Source of the DNA: Paramecium tetraurelia
Lineage: Eukaryota
Reading direction: 5' to 3'
Length of the DNA stretch: 64,000 nt
Assembly: GCA_000165425.1 (NCBI GenBank)
Contig: CT868007.1
Span: forward strand, 1-64,000
Every line of letters starts with the position of its first letter. Within the stretch, counting starts at the first letter, position 1. A program made the position numbers and the translations under genes. Positions 28,110-40,500 of the stretch are shown piece after piece. The notes beneath the pieces are model-generated. The model saw nothing but the letters and a program-made list of their open reading frames with translations. It was not told the origin of the DNA and ran no database searches.

Positions 28110-29226
28110 TTCTTAATCTTTTGTTAAATTAGAAATTCTTTATTTTTTTTCAGGTCTGATATTAATGATGATATTCTAGATTTACTTTCTTTCTTTGATA
28201 ACCTCTAGGTGAGTACAAGGTAACAAAAGTTTTTAAGAATTTTTTCATTACAAGTATTAAATGATTTATACGCCATATCCCAATATATTCTCGAAATTTG
28301 ATTTATATTTTATGAAAAAGCTTCATTTTTAAATCCTATCCAATACTGTCCTTTATTTGATGTATAATATTGGCAAAAGGACTTGCAGGATGCGCATGAT
28401 CTCCTTTGGCTTAAATTACATCAAGTGCTAGTGCCTTAAAGCCATCCCAAAAAGGAAACAAAAAATAACATTTTGTATAACAACATACTAAATAATTATA
28501 AGATATAATTAATAATGTATCTTTGATGAAGAGTTAATCTAATTGTAGTAGCTTTCATTACAAAACAAATCAAAGCAATCGAATCTAGGGTTGCAATTTT
28601 GTTGTTATTAAGTTTGAAATTTTTTCATCTTCTTCGTATCCTCTAGTGGCTCTAAATCCAGGGGTATCAATTATTCTTAGAGTAGAATTTCCATCCAATC
28701 CTTTTATATAGTTGTTATATTTATTCTTCATCAACAATTATAAATCTAAATGGATCTGCATGTTAGAATCCAATATAGTGATTGCTGAAAAGTTTATCAT
28801 TGTTGATTTCCCAACTCCTGTTTCTCCAATTACAACTAAAGTTTTTAAAATACTTTAATCCTTCAAATCTCTTTATTGAATCATAGGGTGCTTATAAAAA
28901 GTAACATTGTTTTATTCCATTTTCAGTTTTTAGCAACAATTTACCATATTCAGAAGGCATTCGTTATTAATTTTATCTTTAAATTAAAGGGTTTTCTAAT
29001 TTCCCTAACTGTTTATCCAATCCTCCAATTTATCCTTTTCAATATCCAAATATTTCTAAGTCTTTGCGGAGGAATTTCAAGAAGTTTCTTACGAGAATCG
29101 ATACCATTTTCCTCAAGTTTTAATAGAAACATCCTAGATTTTGTTTCTTTCAATTTAGATTTCATTTTCTAAAATTGAAGTAAGGTCCTTATATAATATT
29201 GTTTATTTAAATTGTTTCTTCTACAT
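28110..29226 (-). pseudogene. P-loop GTPase (AIG1/septin-like family) relic
   Basis: VVIGETGVGKSTMINF and LRIIDTPGF; frame breaks elsewhere. Confidence 0.7.
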
Positions 29227-29547
29227 TTTATTAGAATTCCTTTAATAAATATTTCTAACAAATTATAAATTTTTAATTACCTATCTTTTGAGTGCTATTA
29301 TGACAACGACCAATTTTATCATTATAAAAATTAAATCATTTTTAGCTTTAAATTGAAATTCAATATATTGTATTTTATATAATACAAAACTTCTTTTTTT
29401 TTCTCAATATGGTTTTGGAAATTGATTTTATGAACAAGGTATTTTTTAAAAAATAGAAATCCTTTAAATAACAAATAATTAATTTGCAATGTTTTGTATG
29501 AATGTAAATATTGAAAGATGATATTTTTTAATATTTTTAATGATTAA

Positions 29548-30573
29548 TCACCCTCCCCACAGGTACACGCGAATTCCTTCATTTATCACACCACAAGTAT
29601 TTCCTGGTGCTAATCTTATAGTTCCAAATTCTCCCCAAGATATTCCAAAAGATGCTTGAACTCTCCAAATCTGTTACCAATTCTGTTATTAATTCGCTTC
29701 CCAAACATAACCAATAGCTAATGCATAATAATTTGCTTTTTTATATATAGAGCTACAAAGAGAGAATACTCCTGAGCTATAGAATTACCAGTTAGTAGCA
29801 TCAACTTTTACTGATAAAGGATGTTCCGTTAACATCTATAAGAAACCCCTCATATAATCTATATCATCACTATTCTATGCGTAGGACATAATCCTCCATG
29901 GTGCGAATCCTGTTTATTGACACCAGTCATCGCCTCTGCCAGTATACGGATATTCAGACTCAGTTAAAATCCCTCGGTTTCTTGCATGACCATATGCATT
30001 TTTAGGATCAGAAAAATCAGCTAGAGATGCATCGCATCCCCCCCAAGAATTCGCACAATCCATGACATTCTGTGCTGATAATGTTACTTTTATTCCTTTA
30101 TCAATCGCATATGCTGCTTCAATGACATTTGTTGCTGCCATTGCCCAGGAGGAACCACAGTTTCCTGAATTTTTAACTGGGGCATAACCTCTCCAATCAA
30201 CATCGTCTTTTAAATTATATTCTCTAATTGGTTCAGGTGACTTAGGATTAGTTTTCCTTATGATTTAGTCTTATTCATTTTATTTTTCGGGTGATATTGG
30301 ATTCAAATAAAGACTAACAAATTCTTCATTTGTAATAGCCATAAATTGATTTTCTCCCATTAAAAAAGTAAATTCGCTTCTTTTATTATGCTCTTCTATC
30401 ATTTATTTGTTTTAAAAATAAATGGCCTATCTGTATTTTTTCTCATCTCCAAAATAGTGTTTTCCATGTTTCAAAGCCCATCTTTCGAAGTCAGAATCAG
30501 AATCTAAATTTACTTGGTAGAAACTAAAACTAATTAGTATTGTCATCAATGTGGCTGCAATTATATTTTTCAT
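29548..30573 (-). CDS. Papain-family (C1A, cathepsin L-like) protein, catalytically inactive
   Basis: Intronless 341-aa frame: signal peptide, I29 prodomain (GENQFMAITNEEF), DVDWR, KNSGNCGSSWAM, LSAQNVMDC, NYYALAIGY, WRVQASFG, NTCGV. Confidence 0.92.
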
Positions 30574-31198
30574 TAATTATATTCAAGATATTTTATTCAC
30601 CCAACCAAATATATTTTAAATTAGGCAGAAAATCTTTTTATTCCATAATCTGAATTTAAAGTATCAAACCAAAATTTAAATCAGTTAAACATTAGCCTTC
30701 CAAAAGCACCACATAGATGAATTTAAACTATTATGAAATTTATTATAAGAATATAGTAATGAGTAATTTTTATAAAAATCAAACGTCTGCAAAAGTTTAA
30801 TAAAATATTTGAATGATATCCAAAGTTATTAAGTAATATTCAAATTTGATTCAGTTTATTGATAAAATCATGAGATTCTAATTTTGACATCATAAAGAAA
30901 GAATAATTGAAGTTTCAATTGAATAGAAGCGTTGTTCATTTAATGTGAAAATAAAATAGTTTTTTTTATAGATTACATAGAGAATGAAATTCAATTGCAA
31001 TACGAATATTAATCCAAATTAAGAATAAAGGCTGATGAAAAATAGTATAAAATATTTAATTTATACCATAATTATCATATATATATATGAATATATTGAA
31101 TTACCAAGAAATAGTGTTATCCTTAATACAAACTATAAAAATGATAAAGATATTCCAATATTAATTACATATTTTGAAATTAAAAACAAAGACTCATT

Positions 31199-31551
31199 AC
31201 ACCCGTAGAGTATAGCTGTTTCGGATTGTCAGAAGAAAAACAATTGAAAATACATGGTAGGGAGAATCTCAAAATCTTTGAAAATGTTTTCAAGGATTTT
31301 GAGATTTTAGTGCAAGAAAAGCTTCCATTTGTTAAGGAAATTAATAGTCAGAAAAGATACTGAATAAATAGTTGAATTCCATTATATTGGACTAGAGGCT
31401 GCTGAAATGACTTAATGTTTTACAGTTGCTATAAGAATTGGAGCTAAGAAGTCTGATTTTGATTCAATTGTTGGAATTCATCTATCAGCGGCAGAGGTAT
31501 ATATAATTAAATAACCTATAGGAGATGGTGTAAATGAAAATATTTAGATGA
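31199..31551 (+). pseudogene. Thioredoxin reductase pseudogene, 3' part (interface domain)
   Basis: TPVEYSCFGLSEE...FHYIGLEAAEMTQCFTVAIRIGAKKSDFDSIVGIHLSAAE/EMVQMKIFR*, with frameshifts and stops; no GCUG tail. Confidence 0.85.
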
Positions 31552-32337
31552 TTTATTTATGGTAAGTAGAGTTATGAAATTAGAAAATATATTCATAATA
31601 GAGAAGATGAAAATTCTATGATATTTTGATATTTGCTATATGGTATATTTATTAATTAAGATAATTCAAATAAAATATCTATTGTTAAAAGAATTTTTGA
31701 ATGATTATTGTTTTAAACAGTATAATTGAATTTTAGTTTAAGTAGATTTGATTATTTTAGTTAAAAACTGATTTAATTTGGGTATTACTCCAAAATGAGA
31801 CTAATTTGAATATTATGATCGAGAATAACTGTTAAGTTCAATGTATGATATAAAAGAAGTAAAATAACATCTTAAGGGTGTACTTGAAATTATGGTAGAC
31901 TAAAATAAAATTCAGAGATGTAAATTATATGATTTAATTTTTAATAGAGAGAATATGATGCTAAAAATTGATTGAAATTCAATAATAGGCTTTTCGCATC
32001 AATTTTTTATTTATAATAATTAGTATTATCAGATTTCTAATATTATTAGTATTTATTGATGCAATTACTTGAAACATCATTTCGATTTTATACTATTATT
32101 AATGATAAGACTTCCACAAAGTGTTATGCATATTTCTAATCCAAGTAGCAATTTTTGAGTGCAATCAAACCATTTTATAATTCTCTTTTTAATTAAATGA
32201 ATGTGCATCATGCGCATAAAGTTTTGAGAAGATTTATTTTAAGACAATATTCAGGCTTTGGTATTTGGAGATCTTTGAAGATTGTGAAATATTTTTGTTA
32301 GTTTTATAAAAAGAATTTAATAAAAAAACAAAGAAAA

Positions 32338-34910
32338 ATGAACGTAGAGGAGAGACCTGGGACATCGTTTACGTCGAAGAGACAGGTTCAAACTGAATAG
32401 AGAAAGCGGTAGTAAATGAATTTGGGTACTTTGGAGACGGAGGATAAAAGTGTAAGAGTAGTGGTACTTATTGTAGACAGGAATGAAAATTAGGCCGATT
32501 ACTCAAGATCAATAGAGAAACAGTTTGCAATAGAAGAGATAGAAGATGATTCCTTAGGCAATTTTATATGACAGGGAATCTTTGTATGAAGAAGTTATAA
32601 ATGCAAAATAAATCAATAACAATCTCTAAAGAGAGAACCAAGCTCTACACACTAAAATCAAAATGATGGATGTAAAATTGATTAAGACTTCTAGGAAGAA
32701 TTACAAAGATTGGTTAGAGCTACTCCCATAAGTGAGCAAGTTATTAACCCAATGGAATCATTTTATTAGGATAGCAAGCCAATGAAGTAGCATCTAATAA
32801 TGGATCTGAAGAAGCAGCTGAGGAGATTGCAAGAAGAGCAAATCAAAAAGGATTAATAAATACAGTTTCTACAGAAAAATACTAAAGCCATGAAAATAAA
32901 GGAACTAGAAATCGAACTGCTATCGTATCAATAGGAAGCACAAAGATTGAAAGCCTTGGTTGGAATGAAATTCAATGATTCTGACAATGATCTGCTTAGA
33001 TTGAGGGCTGATTACAAGTTATTGGAGGATGAATTGAAATAATTAAAGGTCAAATGCAAAGAATTTGAGTCAAAAGCTACCATGTATTATAATGAAAAAC
33101 TTAAAAAGGATAAGTTGAATCAATATCTAAAGAATCAAATTGAAAATTTAAAATTTAAAGATCCGGAATATAAGAAATAAAATAAAATTACTGAAAATGA
33201 ATAGCAATTGAAATAAGATATAGAGTACTAATCATAACTATATTGCTAGTTAGAAGTAAGTTTAAATAGACACATTGATAAGTAGTTTGAAAGCCAAAGA
33301 TGCTTAATATGCAGAATTGGATAAGAGAATGAAAGAGTTGGAGAGAGAACAATAATAAATCATAGATTAATTAGAGAGAGAAAGATAATAATTGCGTGAG
33401 CAATGCAATTCCCTAAAGGAAGAGGTTTCAATGTAATCAGGAAGAAGGTATAAATGAATTTGATTTTCGACTAGGAGAACTGTTTAAAATAACAGTTTCT
33501 TGGAAAATAAACTTGAAGTTCTTCCTGAAGGCCCAGAAATAATTGATCAAAAGAAGAAACTATTGCCATGTGTAACAAAGGATGATGTGAATTTGATATG
33601 CAAGTAGATAAAATTCAAATTAAAGGCTATGAAAGTTCCCTTTGAGAAGATAGATAATGTAATGCTATTTGTTGAGTGCATTAGTTTATTCATGGGGATG
33701 TCCACTCTGTAATTAGAATTGAGGAATTAAACGAGATGTTATAAGATGAGCCATTTTTGTTGAATGAAGTGGATAGTCTTAAAGTTGCTAGGTATTTGAT
33801 TGAGGACAATGATGAACGATTTGTTGAGTTTAGTTTATTGACTGAAGGACTTATAGCAAGAGCCAAGAGTATTCTGAAAAATTTAATTGGCAAATACACT
33901 CTTCTGGAAGTAAATTAGTTGATAAATTGAATTTTAGAAAAATGAAGAGGACCAATTATTTTTGGAGATGGCAATTGTGTTATCAAAGTATAGGAATTCT
34001 TTGGAGGATTTCATTTTGAGATCAAAAAAGAAATAAGAGTTGTGTACAATTGACGACCTTGAGGAAGCTCTTAAATTTGTCGAATAAACTTTTAATTCTA
34101 CTTAATATGAATATTTGTTATTGAAGAATTACGAACTTACTCAATAATTAATTAACATCAATTACAAAAAGATATTTGAGTTATTTTACGTTGGTAAATC
34201 ACTTATCATATTTTGTAATAGATCCATCAATTCAACAAAAAACTAAAAGTGAAAGCGATTTGCCAAAAGAATAAGGAAAGAAGTAATCAAATGGTGATGT
34301 GTTGTAGAATAAGGATGTCTAGTAGGAACTGATTTAATAATAATAGAGAAAATAAAAGGAGGAAGAAGAATAGAGAATATTATGGTAATTGTAATAGGAG
34401 CAGGAAAGATAGAGACAACTAGAATTGGAGAAGGAAGAGGAAGAACAAAGGAGGTTGGAATAATAGTGGAAGGAGGAGGAAGAGGAGAGAAAGAGATAGG
34501 AGGAAGAGCAGAGAATCAAGCAGGAGAATGAGGCTAAGAGGTAAAAGTAATTAGAGGAGATGAAGAAGTAAGAGGAATAGGAGAATCATAGAAGACAATA
34601 AGAGTAGCAAAGACAGCAAGAATTATTGAGGAAATAGAAGGAGGAAGAGGAAAGATAAAGAAAATTGAAGGAAGAAGAGGAGGAGAGAAGATTATAAGAG
34701 GAGTAGTTGGAGAAATAGAAGTTAGAAGAGGAGTAGAAAAGAGTAGAGCAGGAATATGAATAGCAGGCTGAGTATGAATAGAATGAATAGGAGGATAATG
34801 CTGAGGAATATAATGATCAATAGTTTGATTAATAGTAATCTGAACAATAAAACAGTGTGCCTTAAAACAAGAGTTAGAAAGATTATGAGGATGAGGATTT
34901 TGAATAATGA
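32338..34910 (+). CDS. Large coiled-coil protein with E/Q/R-rich C-terminus
   Basis: Long code-6 frame with tiny introns; heptad-rich (IMDLKKQLRRLQEEQ..KIKELEIEL); TGA at 34908. Confidence 0.85.
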
Positions 34911-34937
34911 AAAATATTAATTATAATATATATAATA

Positions 34938-35844
34938 ATGAAAATAGTTGTTAAATATTTCTATACCATTTGCTAATAGGAATAAAGAAAAGAAACAATT
35001 CGACAAATGATAGCTGAATACTTTGATGAGAATATAGAATTTGATAAGGAAATTTTCAAGGATTATGAGGAGTTCTTACAATTCATTTTCCCATTCAGAC
35101 CCAAGAGTCTAAATAAACTCGGAGAATCAAAGAATCTTAAATATTGCAACGTCCTAATATCGCAATTGATCGAGACTCAATAAATAATGGATACTATGTT
35201 GATTGAGGCGAAGAAAGAGTTAAGTTAATCTGAAATTTTAAAAATCTATAAGGAGATTGACTCGACATCAGATGGTTTCATCGATGTCATTAAGTTGAGA
35301 AAATACCTATAGTAGCAATGTAACTATCAAACTTCAAATGACGATTTGATATTTATTTTTAGAAGAATGGACAAAGACGAGGATGGGTTTATAAGTATGG
35401 CAGAATTCATTGAAGAGTTTACTTTCGAAAAGCAGTAGATTTCTTAGATGTCAACTATGGCTCAAACGAGATGGCAATCATAGGTTTCATCCTAAACGCA
35501 ATTTGTACCTCCATACTCTGAGGATTGCAGGGAGTTTGCATTGTTCATTCATAGATTACAAAAGTTAGCAGTTAGGGATGAGGAGGAATTGCTAAAGTTG
35601 AAACGCCAATTCATAAAATAGAAAAAGCAGTCTTTTTTGAATTTGTTTGAGGACATAGCTCACTCTATTTATTTAGATCATCGTGACCTTCTTAATTTAT
35701 TATAATAGTAATCAGTTGTTTATTAAGTGTTTTAGTTTTAAAATAAGCGTCAGTAGCGATTTGGAGAGGATATGCAGACTGTTCAATGAGGACAATCCAG
35801 ATTAGATATGTTTTCAGGATTTTCTAAATTTTTTTACTTTTTGA
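34938..35844 (+). CDS. EF-hand protein
   Basis: IDSTSDGFIDVIKL and MDKDEDGFISMAEF EF loops. Confidence 0.85.
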
Positions 35845-35900
35845 TTATAAATAAAGACTTTTCATTTTGAGATTAGTATTAATTAGATTCATTAATATAA

Positions 35901-36385
35901 ATGTAAAATAATCAAGGTGCAGCAACTTAAGAATCATCTATTAATTAGGAGAATAAGTAGGAAACAAGACTATGTACCATATGTTTGGCTTTCTTTGGAA
36001 CAGCCGCTACATAATTTTATTGTTCAAAATGTTACTAGTAATTATTTGAATAACTATTTTCAATTAGATCTATTATTAAGGAAAGCAATCAAGAAATCTA
36101 ACAATAGTAACAGATCGTCTAAGAAAATAAGTAGTAAGGTGAAGTAGTAAAACAGAAAGTAAAAAGTTGTAATTTAAACTTTTTCAGGAAGACCCATCGA
36201 AATGCAAAGTTTGTAAAAGAAAGTTAGGAATAGCTGGTATATAATGCAAATGCGAGGCATTTTTTTGCAATAAACATCGATTACCAGAGGATCACCAATG
36301 CACATTCGATCATGCTGAAAAGGCTAAATAATTACTCATAAAAAACAATCCCCTTGTGGATCCCTAAAAGTTAGAAAAAATATGA
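35901..36385 (+). CDS. A20/AN1 zinc-finger protein
   Basis: LCTICLAFFGTAATQFYCSKCY and [37 protein letters not shown]. Confidence 0.92.
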
Positions 36386-36806
36386 TAATGCACCCTATAA
36401 TATAAGTTCTAATTATATTTTCATAGATCTCTAATATAGAAATATAATATTGTAAAGTTATATATTAAAACAATTTGCGTTCCAATTCATTCTACTTCTT
36501 AAATATGGATAGAATATTACTCTATCCTAACAGCATAGTAATAAAATTGGCATAAACAAAAAGTAGTGGAAATTAAAATTAGTAATTGCTATAATTAAAT
36601 GATTGATTAAATAAGTGATATGAATTTATATATATATATATATTGAAATAACAGGATCAGTTAATTTTGGATATTGATTAAATATAAATATCAAATAATT
36701 TAAGGAGGATGGTTGGTAGAGGAAAACTAAATTTATGAGTGGTTATAAAGAGTATTCAGATAAAGGAGCATTATTTACATATATAATTATTTATTTTGGA
36801 ATTTAA

Positions 36807-37934
36807 TCAGGTATTTAACTTTTAATACCATTGTGGGATTAATTTAGAATTGAGTTCTGGTCTGATGCTTAGTTCTTGCTTGTTAAAGTCAAATAGGTTT
36901 GGGGATTTGATATTTAATTTGGCAAATTCCTCCTTTCTTAGGTCGTCAAAGTATGGATGCAAGAGTGCATCTATGGGCTGAATCCTGGCTTTGGGAGAGT
37001 AACTAAATATTAAGAAGGATTTAATTTACGTTAGCATCTGTGAAATGAGATCCAAAAATAATAGATCTGGTTTATGCTTGGCTAAGATTTTCGACCAGGG
37101 ATTGCCTTTGATCGTAGGTAGTTTGACTTCAGCTTTGGCTGGGTTCATTTGTTTAATGATATCAGGAGTTGGTGTGCCAAGAATCTTGATGATCTACAAT
37201 AACTAGTCTTGGGCACTCTCTCCTGGGAAGATGGGTTCCAACATAACCATTTCAACAATGACACAACCAATTGACCACATGTCGATTTATGTGGTGTAAT
37301 CGGTGGCTCCAAAAATCAATTCTGGCGCTCTGTAGTAGCGAGAGCAAATGTACGCAATGTTAGGTTCACCTACTACCAGCCTTTTAGCTGAGCCAAAATC
37401 ACAAATTTTGAGGACGTTGGTTTCGAGGTTGATCAGGATGTTCTGGGGTTTTATGTCTCTGTGGCATATTCCGATGGCTAGTTGGGATAAGTCTCAGTAC
37501 CCTGCAGGTAGAGCAGCGCACGAAGCATTTGATAACTGTAGAGCTTGAGTTATGTGGATGGGATCGTTTGCTTCTGCTTGCGTATCTGACGTATCATCTT
37601 CGAAAGTGTCTCTGGTACGTACTCCATCACAAGATTGAGGTACACATCTTGTGGCTACACAATCAATACAAACTTCAATATACATTCTCTCCAGGGGTGA
37701 AAAACGAATGGCGTAACATAACCACACATGGGTGATTCAATTCTTAAATGATCAAATGCTCTCTGTTTTTGTATCTCCGATCCTAGTACACCTTCTTGAT
37801 CGCAACCTTCTCCTTCGTCCTATTATCAGTGGCCTAACTTTTATTCTATCCACACATACCAGATGCACCATGCCAAATGTACCAGTCCCAACCACTTGCT
37901 CAATTGTGAAGTCCTTCTCAGATTATTATAACAT
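36807..37934 (-). CDS. GSK3: Glycogen synthase kinase-3/shaggy-like kinase
   Basis: [52 protein letters not shown]; several tiny introns. Confidence 0.96.
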
Positions 37935-38197
37935 TTAATAATTACATTTAAAATAGTTCATTAAGTGATATGAAAATTATTTTTAAGCATCTACTACATC
38001 AATCAATTCAACATTCCACCTCTCACCTGCTACTACAAAGGCCACCTCTATAATTCCAATTTACCTTGCACAATCAGATTAATTATTGATAAATTCGGTT
38101 AATAACTGTTACTTATTCGTCACGATTCTATAAATACTCTCTAAGATATGGCAGTGTATAGCTATTTCTAAATGGAGAGAGTCCTTTACTCAAACTA

Positions 38198-39090
38198 TCA
38201 TTTATTTTAATTTTATAATTATAAATCTCTATGTGTATTTTTATTTTTTTCTCTCTATTGATTATTCTCCCCTATCTCCTAAGCTTCAAAATTACTGATG
38301 GAATGGAATCAGAAAAATGTATGCTCTTGTATGAATGAAAATTTGTATATAAATTCAGGTATGCTTATAATTCATTTCTGTTTGCTTCATCTTTCTTAAC
38401 TTGAATTGCATTGGATTTCTGTGGAATGGTTTGTCTTGATTATATTGAATTCTGTATTCTGTTCTCACTTAATCGCCTAAAAGATAAAAAGATGATGCAA
38501 ACCATTCATGTTTTCATGTGGAATCCAACCTGATCCATCAAATTACATGTGATTCTTCTGGAATCCAGATGTCTTGGTTTGAGCCTGTGAAGTTTCCAGA
38601 TATCTGTCAGTCTTACGAAATCTAATTTATTGTGATTCTTTGATACGTTGGAGCAACAAGTTCTTAAGGCTTTTTGAAACCGTCTTGATAGGATGTAACC
38701 ATTTTATTGATATGAGTGCATGGGTGGTTTTTCAATAAGGTTTAGCATCCGTATTTGTGAGAATAGGCTTCCTTATGTACATCGATTAATTCTTTTGGAT
38801 CAAAATTAAATCCAGTCGACGATAATCTATTGAACTTTCCTAGTTTCTAGTCTGCATAAGATTTCCTAGCCACTTCAGAAAATCTCTCGCCATATAAATT
38901 CTCCGATTGCACATATGGCACATAACCAGCATATCCTGGCACTGCAGTGTTTTTTGGTTCTTATGGGAACTACATTCACATAATTCCTTACTTGCGTGTA
39001 ATGATTGATGTAGCTGGTTCTGTAGAAGTTGTTCTTTGACCATTCATGAAAAGTTCGTTCCTATATGGGAGGCTGAGATTTGCTAGCCAT
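38198..39090 (-). CDS. FAM166/DUF2475-like (PGYxG motif) ciliary protein
   Basis: VPGYAGYVPYVQSENLYGERF motif; intron near the 5' end. Confidence 0.65.
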
Positions 39091-39296
39091 TTTAATTAAT
39101 TAATTAATTTCATTGTATTTTACATGAAAAACTTTCACTTCAGATCCCTCACTCAACTTGACTACTCCAAAACAAGGCAGATATACATATCTATACAATT
39201 ATAGAATACATAAGGAGGATCACTAAATAATTTATCAAATGCAAGACTATATAATTATTATTTTAAAATAATTAAAATCTTTTTACAACAACACAA

Positions 39297-39817
39297 ATGA
39301 CTCTGGTTTTGGAAAAAGCTGATCAATTCAGACACATCATTCGTATTTTAAATACTAATGTCGATGGTAAATAGCGTCTTGCTTATGGAATTAGAAGCAT
39401 TAAGGGAATAGGTAGACGCTTTGCCATATAAATCTGCAAAGTATCTATGAATCAATATGGTCTTTAAGGTGTTGAGATTAGACTTAACCAAAAGAGCAGG
39501 AGAACTTACTGATGATGAGGCTCACAAGATTACAGAAGTGATCAAGTCTCCAGAGGCCTACAACATTCCTAGATGGTTCCTTAATAGACAACGTGATTTT
39601 AAAGACGGAAAGAATTATTAAGTAACAACAAATGAACTTGAAACTAAACTCAGAGAGGATTTGGAGAGAATGAAGAAAATTAAGTATTTTTAATGGTTAT
39701 GAATCAAGATGCAATCGAGGTTTGAGACATCATTGGGGATTGAGAGTCAGAGGACAACACACAAAAACAACAGGTAGAGGAGGTTAAACCTTGGGTGTGG
39801 AAAGAAAGAAGAAGTGA
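39297..39817 (+). CDS. RPS18: 40S ribosomal protein S18 (uS13)
   Basis: [56 protein letters not shown]; two introns. Confidence 0.98.
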
Positions 39818-39947
39818 AATACATTATTTTTGTTAGAGCATTAAATATTTAAGTCTATTTCTTCTATTTCCATATCTCTCTGTTGTTGAAGCATATAATA
39901 TTTTAATGATAATTGCGAATCTGATGTGTAAAATTTTGAATTATACT

Positions 39948-40387
39948 TCATGGTACAAAAATGTATGTTATTGTGGAAAGAGTGGAAAGTGATATGAATT
40001 ACTCTGTCACTTTCATAAAAAAGTAATTCCAAGTCTTCTATTCCCAAACAACTTTTGATGTGAAATATTACACTTAAAAACTGACACAAAAAAACACTGC
40101 CAATGATAGCGCCAATCCCAAATCTCTTTCGTTCTAACTGTAAGTATTTGCTTTACTTTTATCTTGAGAATGCTGTAGAGGTATGTAATTAGGGATGCTT
40201 ATAGAAATCTTGCCAATAATTCCAAAATTAAGGGCTAACTGCTTTCATCCTTTTACTCATGATCTTTTTCTAGTTTGATGTTGGCTTCCTTCAAATAACG
40301 GTCGTGAAATAGTATTGAATACCAATAAAACCCTATTATCATAGTGGATATTGTTCCAAAGATCACCGACAATAAACAAGGAATCAT
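39948..40387 (-). CDS. Small multi-TM protein, DUF1761-like
   Basis: MIIGFYWYSILF...VVWEQKTWNYFFMK; hydrophobic segments; one short intron. Confidence 0.55.
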
Positions 40388-40500
40388 TTCACTTTCTAAC
40401 TTTGATTTAATTTTAATATATTTCCTATATCAATTTTACAATCCTATTTTTTATTACCATCAGTAATTACATTAACTATAATAATATATATATGTTGAAA

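Noticed and set aside
34330..34800. Purine-rich repeat-like tract
   Set aside because: It is the E/Q/R-rich coiled-coil coding region of the 32338-34910 gene.
36627..36643. (TA)n microsatellite or retained IES
   Set aside because: Short TA run in AT-rich intergenic DNA; IESs cannot be called without a germline comparison.
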